This document shows positions 46,887-57,257 of a DNA stretch of 64,000 nt, one piece after another. Position 1 is the first letter of the stretch, and the number at the start of each line of letters is the position of its first letter. The stretch is from Candidatus Aminicenantes bacterium (GTDB taxonomy: Bacteria; Acidobacteriota; Aminicenantia; Aminicenantales; Aminicenantaceae): assembly GCA_011049545.1 (NCBI GenBank), contig DRHQ01000069.1, forward strand, positions 11,180-75,179, read 5' to 3'. The position numbers and the translations under genes are program-made. The notes beneath the pieces were generated by a model that was given only the letters and a program-made list of their open reading frames with translations, had not been told where the DNA came from and did no database searches.

Positions 46887-47324
46887 TTGGAAGAAAAGGT
46901 AAAGGTGGGGTGCTCTAACTGTGGGGCTACGAATAACTATCCCCTAGGTGTTAGCGGGAAAAAGGTTGTCTGCGGTCGCTGCAAATATTCCCTTCCAGAG
47001 CCAGGGAGTGTCCTTGAACTTCCTGCAAGCCAGGCTTCAGTCTTTTTCCAGAATTCTAAACTCCCTATTCTTGTAGATTTTTTCTCGCCGACTTGTGGGC
47101 CTTGCCATATGATGCATCCTGTGGTGGACAGCTTTGCCAAGAGAAGGGCGGGAGAAATAATGGTGGTTAGGATTAATGTGGACGAGAATCCTCAAGTGGC
47201 GTCCGAATTCAAGGTGCAAGGTGTTCCGACATTTGTTATTCTTCATAAAGGTTACGAGAGGGGCCGAACAAGCGGCGCTCTTCCTGAGGCAGATTTTGCG
47301 CTATGGGTGGCGAGTAAAATATGA
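46887..47324 (+). CDS. trxC: Thioredoxin 2 (TrxC-like, zinc-finger N-terminus)
   Basis: TTG start; CSNC...CGRC zinc site; TCGPC active site; GVPT. Confidence 0.8.
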   Translation: MEEKVKVGCSNCGATNNYPLGVSGKKVVCGRCKYSLPEPGSVLELPASQASVFFQNSKLPILVDFFSPTCGPCHMMHPVVDSFAKRRAGEIMVVRINVDENPQVASEFKVQGVPTFVILHKGYERGRTSGALPEADFALWVASKI

Positions 47325-47428
47325 ATAGGATATGAAAAAAAGTAAAAAAAAGTTTTAAAAAAGAAAATTTCCAAATATAATATATGTCACGAAAGAGAAA
47401 ATTATGAGACAAATTCAGGAAGGAAAAT

Positions 47429-48436
47429 ATGAGAAAAAGCAAAATATTGACTTTTAATCGCCGTGAATTTATCAAAGGATCTGTTGTAGGTTTGGCAAGC
47501 TTGCCTGCCTTAAGCTTTAAACCTCTGATGGCAAAGGAAACCAGCAAGAAAGCTAAAATCGCACTTTTTAAAACCAACGATAGGAAGGAAGGAGTTCAGA
47601 AAGTTTTAGAACTTTTAGATTTCGCCTCTGTAGACGGTAAGAAAGTTATGCTGAAACCTAATTTCAATACGGCTGATCCGACACCTGGCTCAACTCATAA
47701 CGATACTTTGAGCCAGTTGATTAAAGAACTCCAAGAGAGGGGAGCTTCGGAGATTACAGTCGGCGAAAGAAGTGGCCCACCCTCAACCAAGAGTGTTTTG
47801 AAAGATAAAGGGATTTTCGACCTGGCCCAAGAATTAAACTTCAAGATTATAAATTTCGAAGAACTGGAAGAAAAGGATTGGGTTCACTTTAATCCGCCTG
47901 GAAATCACTGGAAAGAGGGATTTTATGTAGCACGCCCAGTTGTTGAGTCTGAGTATGTTGTTTCTACCTGCTGTCTGAAGACACATCAGTACGGAGGTGT
48001 CTTTACTTTGTCAATAAAATTAGCGGTAGGATTAACACCCAAGAAACTGATGAGAGAGCTTCATGGTGAAAGGGATAATGCCATGAGGAAAATGATAGCT
48101 GAGATAAATCTCGGCTATAAACCTCAATTAATTGTTCTTGACGGAATAGAAACTTTTGTTGATGGAGGTCCTTCGAAAGGAACCAGAAAAGAAGCCAACG
48201 TTTTCATAGGAGGAAGCGACCGTATTGCTGTGGACGCAGCAGGAGTGGCTATCTTAAAAGAGTTGGGCTCGAACAAAGCCATAATGGAATGCAAAATCTT
48301 TGAACAAGAGCAAATTAAAAGAGCAGTTGAGTTAGGCTTGGGGATAAGCAAGCCTGATCAGATTGAGTTCATCACCCCTGATAAAACAAGCCGCGAGTAT
48401 GCAAAAAAATTAAAATCAATTCTTGCCCAGGATTAA
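47429..48436 (+). CDS. Tat-exported DUF362 protein
   Basis: NRREFIK; LKPN, LKTH, TLSIKLAVG, DRIAVD. Confidence 0.85.
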   Translation: MRKSKILTFNRREFIKGSVVGLASLPALSFKPLMAKETSKKAKIALFKTNDRKEGVQKVLELLDFASVDGKKVMLKPNFNTADPTPGSTHNDTLSQLIKELQERGASEITVGERSGPPSTKSVLKDKGIFDLAQELNFKIINFEELEEKDWVHFNPPGNHWKEGFYVARPVVESEYVVSTCCLKTHQYGGVFTLSIKLAVGLTPKKLMRELHGERDNAMRKMIAEINLGYKPQLIVLDGIETFVDGGPSKGTRKEANVFIGGSDRIAVDAAGVAILKELGSNKAIMECKIFEQEQIKRAVELGLGISKPDQIEFITPDKTSREYAKKLKSILAQD

Positions 48437-48556
48437 TTTCCTGCAGGAACCTTTTCCAAAACCTTTTTATTTTCCTTTACAATCTGAATATATTTTATTA
48501 ATATCCGTAAAAAAATAAGCAGAACCTTAAAAAATCTGTGAGATACATAAAAAAAG

Positions 48557-49132
48557 ATGAGCTTATACGAGTTGATTCTTTCAAGAAGGTCGATACGTCA
48601 GTTTAAGCCTGAGCCTGTTTCCAAGGAAATTCTAGAAAAACTTGTCAACGCTGCAAGATTAGCTCCATCAGCATCCAATCTTCAACCTCTTGAGTTTATC
48701 GTTGTCGCTGAAGCAGGGCTTAGAAAGCAGCTCTTTCCCTGTTTAAAATGGGCAGGATATATTGCGCCAGAAGGTAATCCCAAACCGGGACATGAACCTG
48801 TTGCTTACATTGTCGTTATTGTAAATTTGCAGGTGAAAGATAAAGGATATGAGTGGGACGCAGGAGCAGCAGTTGAAAACATGATCCTTACTGCTTGGGC
48901 AGAAGGAATCGGGAGCTGCTGGCTCCTGTCCGTGGAAAGAAAAAATATTAAGGAAATGCTGAAAATTCCCATGAATTATAAAATTGACTCTGTTTTGGCT
49001 TTAGGATACCCTGATGAGAAACCTGTAGTGGAGGATATGGAGGGCTCCTTAAAATATTGGAAAGACAAGCAGGAATGTCTTCATGTCCCTAAGAGAAAAT
49101 TAAAGGATATCATTCATTTTAATATTTTTTGA
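48557..49132 (+). CDS. Nitroreductase family protein
   Basis: RRSIRQF, APSASNLQP, GIGSCW. Confidence 0.92.
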   Translation: MSLYELILSRRSIRQFKPEPVSKEILEKLVNAARLAPSASNLQPLEFIVVAEAGLRKQLFPCLKWAGYIAPEGNPKPGHEPVAYIVVIVNLQVKDKGYEWDAGAAVENMILTAWAEGIGSCWLLSVERKNIKEMLKIPMNYKIDSVLALGYPDEKPVVEDMEGSLKYWKDKQECLHVPKRKLKDIIHFNIF

Positions 49133-49211
49133 TTGATTGCCCATGATGGCTATATCACGCTTAAACAATGAAAATGAATTTATGATAAGCTTTCTTAGAT
49201 TTAATACAGGT

Positions 49212-49270
49212 GGGCTTGATGAATCAAGCCCCTACATAAATATACATGGGCATGATAAATCAAGCCCATA
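49212..49270 (-). repeat. GTAG-type REP doublet
   Basis: 49212-49235 is the exact reverse complement of 46788-46811; degenerate copy at 49248-49270. Confidence 0.8.
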
Positions 49271-49332
49271 TAGAATTGATTATTATAACTGGGGGGTATT
49301 AAGGGATAAAGAGGGTAGGAGGAGGAGAAGAA

Positions 49333-49497
49333 ATGCGCATTCTTGGCCTGGTTTTCCTGATCGGAGGTTTTCTTATAAGGTTAGCAACACAGCTAAATCC
49401 TTCAATGCAGTCCCCAACCTTGTCCATCCTTGCTTGGATATTGATGGTTTTGGGAGTTGTAATTGTTATTATTTCTTATTTGACTAAGAAAAAATAA
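49333..49497 (+). CDS. Small 54-aa two-helix membrane protein (absent from the ORF track)
   Basis: Strong RBS GGAGGAG; MRILGLVFLIGGFLIRLATQLNPSMQSPTLSILAWILMVLGVVIVIISYLTKKK*. Confidence 0.65.
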   Translation: MRILGLVFLIGGFLIRLATQLNPSMQSPTLSILAWILMVLGVVIVIISYLTKKK

Positions 49498-49729
49498 AAA
49501 AGAAAAAAATAATAGATTACATTCTTACTGCCCGGCTTCGGTCATTTTGCTGGTCTTAATTATCTGACCGAGGAGGGTAATCCAAAAGTCGAGATTATTT
49601 CTAACTATTTCCACATCATGCAGGATTCACCCAGATTCCCGGGGATGATTATTCGTGAAGCAGGATAGACGGTTTCTCTTTCTTCAACCCATAAGTTGAA
49701 TTATTTTGTGGGAATATCCCTGAAAATAA

Positions 49730-52700
49730 TTAGATTTTGGTGCTTTTGAATCCAAGGAGGGATTTGGTCTTAGTCCTCACTGTATCCGAGATGGAGTAAA
49801 AAGTAGGCAGGAAGATCAACGTAAAGAAAGTTGAGGTGGTCAGCCCGCCGATAATGGCCACGGATATAGGTGCCCACATCTGTGCTCTCCGTCCTGCAGC
49901 CTGAAAAAACTGGGGTAGAAGGAAGGGGAGCGCCAACGGCAGCACCCCGAAAATAGTCGTGATGGCCGTCATGACGATCGGTCTCATTCTGTCTTTACCG
50001 CCCTGGACGATAGACTCGTTCTTTCCCATCCCGGATTTTCGAAGGGTCTGGATGTGATCGATAAGGATTATCCCGTTGTTCACCACAATCCCGAACAGAA
50101 CCAAAAGCCCTAAATAGGAGGTAGTATTCAAGGTGATATTCGTGAGGGAGAAAAATACAGCAACTCCGAACAATGCTAAGGGAACAGTCAGAAGAATCGT
50201 AAAAGGATACACGAAGGACTCGAATAGAGAGGCCATAATGATATAGATAAAGATAAGGGCGAGGATGATGGCCATATTGGATTCTCCCCGGGATTCACGG
50301 AAACGCCTCCACCCGGATCCCAGGCTCCATGTGTAGCCTTCGGGGAATTGGATGGTACTCATGACCTGGCGAACGTCGCTGGAGATAGCCATCATGCCCT
50401 CTGTTTTTGTATTGATCCGTATGTTCAATTTGGATTTTTTATTTTCTTTTTGGATGGAAGTCGATCCTAAACGGTAAGAAATAGTCGATATTGCTGAGAG
50501 GGGAATCCGTTTGGAGCGGGTTCGCAGGCTGATATTCCGGAGGTCCTCTTCGGTAAACCCATCCTCTCCCCGGATTTTCAAGATGATGTCGATCTCCCGG
50601 TTTTCTGTTTTGAATTTTCCGATAGCCCTTTCAGAAATAGAAGAGGAAATGGTCTGTGCTACCATTCGGCTGCTCACACCTGAACTTTCCGCCTTGGCAC
50701 GGTCCACTTCGACCAAAAGCTGCGTGTCTCCACCCTCCAAGTCACTGGTAATATCCTCCACATTTTCGACCGTCCGCAGTTTTTCGATTACCATCGGAGC
50801 CAACTCGGTTAGTTTTGTGTAATCCAAACCGATCAATTCCACAGAAATTCCGCGGTGGAATCCGTGACGGCCCCAGCGCTGCCCGTATTCGTAGGTGATG
50901 CCGGCCCGCCTGGGAAGCAGGTTCTTAAGCTTTTCTTTGATTTCGGTTACTGACGCTCCTTTTTCTTCCAATTCCAGTTCTATTGATCCGCGGAATCGTC
51001 CTTGCCTCATATGTTCCACGCCGAATTCGGTTTCCAGATATTTGATGGCAAGTTCGTCCTTTCGAGAAAGGAGGATATCCTCGATATTAAAGAAAAGGGA
51101 TTTCATCTCGTTCAGTGTGAAACTGCGCGGCATAAAGACCGAGATGTCTATTTCCCGCTGGTCACTGCTCGGCATGAACTCCTGCTCGATGTTTTTGAAA
51201 ATCTGGAAGGAGACGAAAAAGATCCCGAAGGCCAGACCAACAACAAGAAGCTTGGTCCTCCAGTTTTTAATAGTGAAGCTGATGATACGCTCGTAAATCG
51301 TTGTTAATTTTACCAGCCAGCGAGCTTTCTCCTTGGTTTTACCGGCCAGAAATCTGCTTGCTGCTAGCGGAATGAACGACAGGGAAACCAGCAGGGAGGC
51401 AATCAGGGCCAGGGAGATAGTCAGAGCAAAGTCCTTCATGAAGCGCCCGAATCCCGACCGCGCCATGAAACCCAGTGAGATAAAAACGACCAAAGTAGTC
51501 AAAGTGGAAGCGGTGACAGCCATGGCCACCTCACTGGATCCTGTCATAGAAGCCTTTATGGGGGAATAATTCTTCTCCTGACGCAGTCGGAATATGTTCT
51601 CCAGGACCACTACACTGTTATCCACCAGCATTCCCACCGCCATCATAAGTCCGCTGAGGGATATGATGTTGATGGTAATATCAGCGCGGAAAATGTCGCG
51701 GTAAAGGTACATAAAGCTGAAAGTAAAGACTATGGCCATAGGGATGGCCATGGCGATAATGATGGTGGAGCGCAATTTTCTCAGGAAGAAGAGAAGGACG
51801 AATACAGCTAAAAGGCCGCCGACGATTCCGGAAAGGCTCAGATCTCTGAGACTCTTTAAAATATCCTTCGATTGATCGCGGTAGAATATTATGGTCATAT
51901 CTTTAAGCTCAGGCTCTGTCTCTTTGATCCGTGCCATAGCCACTTTGACATTGTTGCATACATCCACGATATTGGCGTTGGAAGCACGGTAGATCTGGAA
52001 GCGAACAGTTTCTTTCCTGTCCAGGCGGTTATATTCTTCTTTGGGAGGGTAATCGTAGGTTACGCGTGCAACGTCGGCGATAGTAAGACCTTTGTTGCTG
52101 ACAGGGAGGTTTTTCACATCCTCAAGAATCTTCAGTTCCCCCGGAATGCGTGTCACTAAGCGCAGGGGGCCTTCTTCCACATAACCGGCTGATATGTTGA
52201 TGTTGTTGTTACGGATAGTGTCGATAAGATCCACGATACGGATAGATGAGGAGTAGAAAACCTCGGGCTTAAGATAGATGGTCAACACTTTATTACGGAT
52301 CCCCCGGGTTTCCACGTTGGCCACGCCCTCTATCCGTTCCAACTGCTGCATGATGTAATTTTCGGACCAATAATACATGTTTTCCAGGTTGCCGGACAAA
52401 GCCAAACTGAATTGGATCACAGGCCGGTCGCTCATCGAAAAGCGGCGGATTCTAATATTTTCGATGTCATCGGGGAGGTCGTTCCGGATTTGGTCGATTT
52501 TGTCCCGGATCTGCATTGTAGCCAGGTCCATGTTTGTGTCTCCCTTGAACTGAAGATGGATACGGGAGGATGATGAGGATGAAGTAGATCTGAGATTCTC
52601 GAGATTGTTGATAGTGGCCAGGATATCTTCCATGGGTCGGGTAATGGTGCGCTCCACCTCTTCAGGAGAGGAGGAAGGATATGGAATTTGTACCATGAGT

Positions 52701-52831
52701 CCCGGGAAGGAGATGTCGGGCATCATTTCCAGCGGAAGTTTGAGTATGGATATCACCCCAATGGTGATGAAAATAATCATGACTACGATAATGGAAACAG
52801 GTTTTTTTATGGAAAATTCAGGTAAATTCAT
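49730..52831 (-). CDS. RND efflux permease subunit (AcrB/MdtB-C like)
   Basis: Two large periplasmic loops; GMLVDNSVVVLEN, GIVVNNGIILID, RMRPIVMT. Confidence 0.95.
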   Translation of the reverse strand: MNLPEFSIKKPVSIIVVMIIFITIGVISILKLPLEMMPDISFPGLMVQIPYPSSSPEEVERTITRPMEDILATINNLENLRSTSSSSSSRIHLQFKGDTNMDLATMQIRDKIDQIRNDLPDDIENIRIRRFSMSDRPVIQFSLALSGNLENMYYWSENYIMQQLERIEGVANVETRGIRNKVLTIYLKPEVFYSSSIRIVDLIDTIRNNNINISAGYVEEGPLRLVTRIPGELKILEDVKNLPVSNKGLTIADVARVTYDYPPKEEYNRLDRKETVRFQIYRASNANIVDVCNNVKVAMARIKETEPELKDMTIIFYRDQSKDILKSLRDLSLSGIVGGLLAVFVLLFFLRKLRSTIIIAMAIPMAIVFTFSFMYLYRDIFRADITINIISLSGLMMAVGMLVDNSVVVLENIFRLRQEKNYSPIKASMTGSSEVAMAVTASTLTTLVVFISLGFMARSGFGRFMKDFALTISLALIASLLVSLSFIPLAASRFLAGKTKEKARWLVKLTTIYERIISFTIKNWRTKLLVVGLAFGIFFVSFQIFKNIEQEFMPSSDQREIDISVFMPRSFTLNEMKSLFFNIEDILLSRKDELAIKYLETEFGVEHMRQGRFRGSIELELEEKGASVTEIKEKLKNLLPRRAGITYEYGQRWGRHGFHRGISVELIGLDYTKLTELAPMVIEKLRTVENVEDITSDLEGGDTQLLVEVDRAKAESSGVSSRMVAQTISSSISERAIGKFKTENREIDIILKIRGEDGFTEEDLRNISLRTRSKRIPLSAISTISYRLGSTSIQKENKKSKLNIRINTKTEGMMAISSDVRQVMSTIQFPEGYTWSLGSGWRRFRESRGESNMAIILALIFIYIIMASLFESFVYPFTILLTVPLALFGVAVFFSLTNITLNTTSYLGLLVLFGIVVNNGIILIDHIQTLRKSGMGKNESIVQGGKDRMRPIVMTAITTIFGVLPLALPFLLPQFFQAAGRRAQMWAPISVAIIGGLTTSTFFTLIFLPTFYSISDTVRTKTKSLLGFKSTKI

Positions 52832-55800
52832 GGTTTTTTCGCTTTAGCCTTAGCTGAAGACGGGGTCATTTTGAAGCTCTTCAGGAAACCCAAGAAGGGA
52901 GTTTGCTTCTCTTCGGTAACCTTTGCCTCCCTGACTATCATGCTGTAGACCAAGGGGATAAAGATCAGGGTTAGAAAGGTGCCGAAGACCAAACCTCCGA
53001 TCAATGTCAGGGCCAGGGGGATACGGATCTCGAACCCCTCATTAAAATCCAGTGCCATGGGCAAAAGTGCCAGCACTGTCGTAATCGAGGTCATGATGAT
53101 CGGCCGCCACCTTACCTGCGCAGCGGTTTTGATGGCTTCCATCTTAGACATTCCTTGTTTCTCGAGCTTTCCGATGTAATCGACCAGTACGATGGCGTTG
53201 TTCACGATGATACCGGAAAGAATGATCAGGCCGATGAGCACGATCACGTTGATTGACATGCTGAACACGAGTCCGACGATAACGACCCCGATGATAGCGA
53301 GTGGGATGGTGAACATGATGATAAACGGCTTTTTAAAGGATTCGAACTGGGAGGCCATGACCAGATAGACCAGAAACACGGCTAGGAAAATGGCGAAAAT
53401 CATGGAGGAAAAGGCCACGTCCTGCTCCATGCTCTGTCCGGCCAGGTAGATCGAGCATTCGGGACCACAGTCTATGGACGCGGCTGCTGCCATGACTTTT
53501 TCCTTGGCGGTATCCAGGGGAATTCCGGAGATGTTTCCGGTGATGACCGCAGATTTTTGCTGGAGGATACGGCGTATTTCTGCCGGACCTTCTTTAATTC
53601 GGATCTCTGCCAGCGCTTTCAACGGCACCATCATGCCCAAACCGTTGCGGATATTGATCCGGCCGATCTTATCCACGCGGTCCCGGAAACGCTCCGAGAG
53701 GCGAACCCGGATGTCTATCTCACGGTCGCTTTCGATAAAGCGTGTTGCGACATCTCCCTCGATTTTACTCCTGATCTGGGTTCCTACCGAGTTTATGGTC
53801 ATGTTTTGAGAAGCAAGCAGGGCCCGGTTGAAAATGATCTGGATTTCCGGATAGCCTTCTTCCATGCTTGATTTCAGGTCGATGATTCCTTCCACACCCC
53901 GGATTTTCTCCAGGAGTTCTTCTGAGACCTGTTTGATCATCTCGAGGTCGTTTCCCAAGACTACAACTTCGAGAGGAGCTTTGAAAGAGAACAAGCGGGG
54001 TTTGTAGACTTTGACTTTGGTTGTTGGAAACTTTTCCAGGTCGGCTCTGACCAGATCCATGATCCGATCTTCCTTTTTTCCCAGGATTCCCGGTTTCAAG
54101 CGGAGGGTGAACTCGGAGAGGTTTTCCCGTTCTTCTTGAAAGGAGATGCCGCCCCTGGAGCCTTTCCCTATGAGCTCGTAGATGCTGTCTATTTCTTTGT
54201 GTTTTTTTAGGACTTCATATATATCTGTGATTATAGCGGTGTTTTCTTTGAGGGCTGTTCCAGGCTTAAACTCGACATTGATTAAAAATTCTCCCTGTGA
54301 AATGACCGGGATCAATTCCTGTCCCATGAAGCTGGACATGAAGATGGCTGTGAAAAAGAGCACTATCACAGTAATGAAAACGGTTTTTCTATGCCCAAAG
54401 GAGAAATCCAGGATCTTTTTATAAGAGAGATAAAATTGGTTGTAAATCTTATCCAGTGGTTTAAAAAGTACTTTCAGCCATCCGGTCAGCCGCTCCTTAG
54501 AATTTTCACGGCGCAGGGTTGCATTGAGCATCGGAACGAGAGTCAGGGACACTGCTAAAGAAGCCAGCAGAGAGTAGGTCACCGTAAGGGCCATATCTTT
54601 AAAAAGCTGACCCGCAATTCCCTCCACGAACACAATCGGAAAAAATACCGCTACCGTTGTGAAAGTGGAGGCAGTTACGGCGCCAGCTACCTCGGAAGTG
54701 CCCTGCAAGGCGGCCTTGTACAAGTCTGCGCCCTTTTCCCTGTAACGCTGGATAGACTCCAAGACAACGATGGAGTTGTCAACCAGCATCCCGATCCCGA
54801 GCGCTAATCCTCCAAGCGAGATTATGTTTAAGGAGATATTAGAGGAATACATGAGAAAGAACGTAATGACGACGGAAATAGGTATGGCAGCCCCGATTAT
54901 CAGGGTGCTGCGGAAGTTTTTCAAAAAGTAAAGTAAAACAAGGATGGCCAGTATGCCCCCGATAATGGCGGTTTGCTTGACTTGATGGATGGTGTTTTTG
55001 ATGAATTTTGACTGGTTGGTGATAATCAAATAATCCATATTCCTGGGCTTCAGGATATTTGCTTGAACTGCCTTCAGCTTGTCGGTGACAGCATTCGCTA
55101 CTGCGACAGTGTTGGCATCCGCGGCCCTGTAGATAGCAGCTTCGATACATTCTCGACCATTGATGCGCGAGATGACTTTCCGTTCTTTATGGCCACGGTA
55201 CACATCCGCAATGCTACCCAGGGTGAGCTGGACATCGCCCCGTTTTTCGATGATGATATCCTTAATTTCCTCCACAGTTTTGAACTGGTTAACAGTCCGA
55301 ACCAGAAACTGGCTGTCTTTTTGTTTTAGGATCCCGGCAGAGAGGTTTACGTTTTCTTGTGCAAGACGGTTGGCCACAGAAGTGATGAGGATGTTGAGAA
55401 GGCTGAGTTTCTGTTCGTCGATGTCGATGTGGATTTCATCTTCCAGACCTCCTGATATGGAGCAAGCTGCAACTCCCTCGATGCTCTCCAAGGCCTGTTT
55501 AACTTCCCTCTCTGCGATATAACGGATGCGGGCTAGATCAGTATCTCCGGTCAATCCCAATCTCATGATGGGTTCCTGGTTAGGATCGTACCTAAGGATG
55601 ACCGGCTTAGTTGCGTCCCTGGGAAGGCGAAGCAGGTCCAGCTTTTCTCTGAGTTTCAGGGTAGCAAAATCCATGTTGGTGTGCCAGGCAAACTCGACCG
55701 TGACCTCGGAGAGTTCCGCACGGGAAACCGAAGAGATGCGCACGACATTGTCAACAACTCCGCAGGTCTCCTCAATCGGCTTGGAGATGATGTTCTCGAT

Positions 55801-55974
55801 TTCCGAGGGGGCGGTGCCCGGGTATTCCGTCCGGATGGTAAGAGTGGGATAGGAAATCTTTGGCAGTAAATTCAGGTTTAGTTTGGAATAGGAGATAAAA
55901 CCAAAGATGATTGCGGCAACAGTGAACATAATGATGGTTACCGGACGATTGATGGAAAACTTAACGATTTTCAT
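52828..55974 (-). CDS. RND efflux permease subunit (AcrB/MdtB-C like)
   Basis: GMLVDNSIVVLES, GIIVNNAIVLVD, RWRPIIMT; 4-nt overlaps with both neighbours. Confidence 0.95.
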   Translation of the reverse strand: MKIVKFSINRPVTIIMFTVAAIIFGFISYSKLNLNLLPKISYPTLTIRTEYPGTAPSEIENIISKPIEETCGVVDNVVRISSVSRAELSEVTVEFAWHTNMDFATLKLREKLDLLRLPRDATKPVILRYDPNQEPIMRLGLTGDTDLARIRYIAEREVKQALESIEGVAACSISGGLEDEIHIDIDEQKLSLLNILITSVANRLAQENVNLSAGILKQKDSQFLVRTVNQFKTVEEIKDIIIEKRGDVQLTLGSIADVYRGHKERKVISRINGRECIEAAIYRAADANTVAVANAVTDKLKAVQANILKPRNMDYLIITNQSKFIKNTIHQVKQTAIIGGILAILVLLYFLKNFRSTLIIGAAIPISVVITFFLMYSSNISLNIISLGGLALGIGMLVDNSIVVLESIQRYREKGADLYKAALQGTSEVAGAVTASTFTTVAVFFPIVFVEGIAGQLFKDMALTVTYSLLASLAVSLTLVPMLNATLRRENSKERLTGWLKVLFKPLDKIYNQFYLSYKKILDFSFGHRKTVFITVIVLFFTAIFMSSFMGQELIPVISQGEFLINVEFKPGTALKENTAIITDIYEVLKKHKEIDSIYELIGKGSRGGISFQEERENLSEFTLRLKPGILGKKEDRIMDLVRADLEKFPTTKVKVYKPRLFSFKAPLEVVVLGNDLEMIKQVSEELLEKIRGVEGIIDLKSSMEEGYPEIQIIFNRALLASQNMTINSVGTQIRSKIEGDVATRFIESDREIDIRVRLSERFRDRVDKIGRINIRNGLGMMVPLKALAEIRIKEGPAEIRRILQQKSAVITGNISGIPLDTAKEKVMAAAASIDCGPECSIYLAGQSMEQDVAFSSMIFAIFLAVFLVYLVMASQFESFKKPFIIMFTIPLAIIGVVIVGLVFSMSINVIVLIGLIILSGIIVNNAIVLVDYIGKLEKQGMSKMEAIKTAAQVRWRPIIMTSITTVLALLPMALDFNEGFEIRIPLALTLIGGLVFGTFLTLIFIPLVYSMIVREAKVTEEKQTPFLGFLKSFKMTPSSAKAKAKKP

Positions 55975-57257
55975 TGAATCACGTCGACTCTTTGGCCGTC
56001 TTTGAGCCCTTCGATTCCAACTATTACGATGACTTCGCCTTCATTCAGCCCTTCTGTCACTTCTACGTGATCTTCCTCGAGTAGGCCGAGAAAGACCTCG
56101 CGCTGAGACACTTGGCGCCGATTCAGAACAAAGACATAACTCTTGTTCTGCTTGTAAAGGATTGCTTTCCGAGGAATAATCAAGATGTTCTCTTTCACTC
56201 CGATGGCTATCTGGACTTTCACGAACATCCCCGGTTGCAGACGGAGGGAATTGTCAAAGATCTCGACGGTGACTTTGACTGTTCCGGTCTCGACATCGAT
56301 CCGAGGGTTGATAAGCTTGACCTTGCCTTCGAACCTTAATCCCTTAAGAATATCGGTGGTCACTTCCGCGGACATACCAAGAGCGAGATTGATAGCATCA
56401 GACGTGGGGACGTACACACGGATAAGCAAAGGATTGAAATCTTCGATCGTATACACCTGCGTGTTGGCGTTAACGCGATCTCCGGCTTCGATGAGCCGCT
56501 CGGTGATATAGCCTTCGGAAAGTGCCCGAATTTTAGTCCAGTCCAACTGGAGATTGAGATTATTGAAATTCTCCATACGGCTCTGGTACTCCAACTGGCT
56601 TTGCTTGAACTGCGCTTCGGTAGCCTGGAAATCCTGTTCGGAAACGAGCGAGCGCTTGACAAGCTCCTGACTGCGGACGTAGTTATTTTCTGCTTCCTCA
56701 AGATTTAGTTTGGCCTGGTCCAGTTGGATCTTTGCCTGGTTGTAGCTGATCATGATTTCCTTATCATCGAGTTGGGCCAGGACATCATTTTCTTTGACGT
56801 AATCTCCTTCCTCCTTCACGATCTTCTTGACATAGGCGGAAAGATGAGAGTAAATCTCGACTTTCCTTTCGGGGTCGACGATGCCGTTGAGGACGAGGTA
56901 GGAGTTCAGATTTTGGCGCTGGATAGGCATCACGCTCACTGGGATTGCCGCACTTCCACCACCCTTAAATCGGGCAATGATCCGCGGGATCTGGTCCTTC
57001 GGGATGCGCCCTGATTTTATGGCCTCTTTCATGTGGTCGGGAATATCAAGCTTATCGACATCGATCTCTTTGCCATCCTGAGATTTGGCTCCAGGCTTTT
57101 GGCCAGGCCTGCCTTTATTATCTGGATTTTTCTCAGCCTGTTGTTTTTCTGCCGGCTTCGTCCCTTTGTCCATGCTGCCGTCGCCCGATTTTCCACAGCT
57201 CACAGCAAGAGCCAGGAATGCGATCAGTATGATGATGGTTAATTTTCGCATAATCAC
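55971..57257 (-). CDS. RND membrane-fusion (periplasmic adaptor) lipoprotein
   Basis: Lipobox LAVSC; hairpin coiled coil; INPRIDVETGTVKV, LQPGMFV. Confidence 0.94.
   Translation of the reverse strand: MIMRKLTIIILIAFLALAVSCGKSGDGSMDKGTKPAEKQQAEKNPDNKGRPGQKPGAKSQDGKEIDVDKLDIPDHMKEAIKSGRIPKDQIPRIIARFKGGGSAAIPVSVMPIQRQNLNSYLVLNGIVDPERKVEIYSHLSAYVKKIVKEEGDYVKENDVLAQLDDKEIMISYNQAKIQLDQAKLNLEEAENNYVRSQELVKRSLVSEQDFQATEAQFKQSQLEYQSRMENFNNLNLQLDWTKIRALSEGYITERLIEAGDRVNANTQVYTIEDFNPLLIRVYVPTSDAINLALGMSAEVTTDILKGLRFEGKVKLINPRIDVETGTVKVTVEIFDNSLRLQPGMFVKVQIAIGVKENILIIPRKAILYKQNKSYVFVLNRRQVSQREVFLGLLEEDHVEVTEGLNEGEVIVIVGIEGLKDGQRVDVIQ

Noticed and set aside
46887-47324. TCGPC in place of WCGPC in TrxC
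   Set aside because: Both catalytic cysteines and the cis-Pro are intact; a minor variant, not evidence of new function.
49137-49487. 116-aa plus-strand ORF
   Set aside because: Runs through the REP doublet and lacks an RBS; the 54-aa ORF in another frame has a strong RBS and coherent topology.
49510-49720. Possible further IS terminus remnant beside the RND genes
   Set aside because: Only a vague resemblance; no second copy or transposase fragment in the window to support it.
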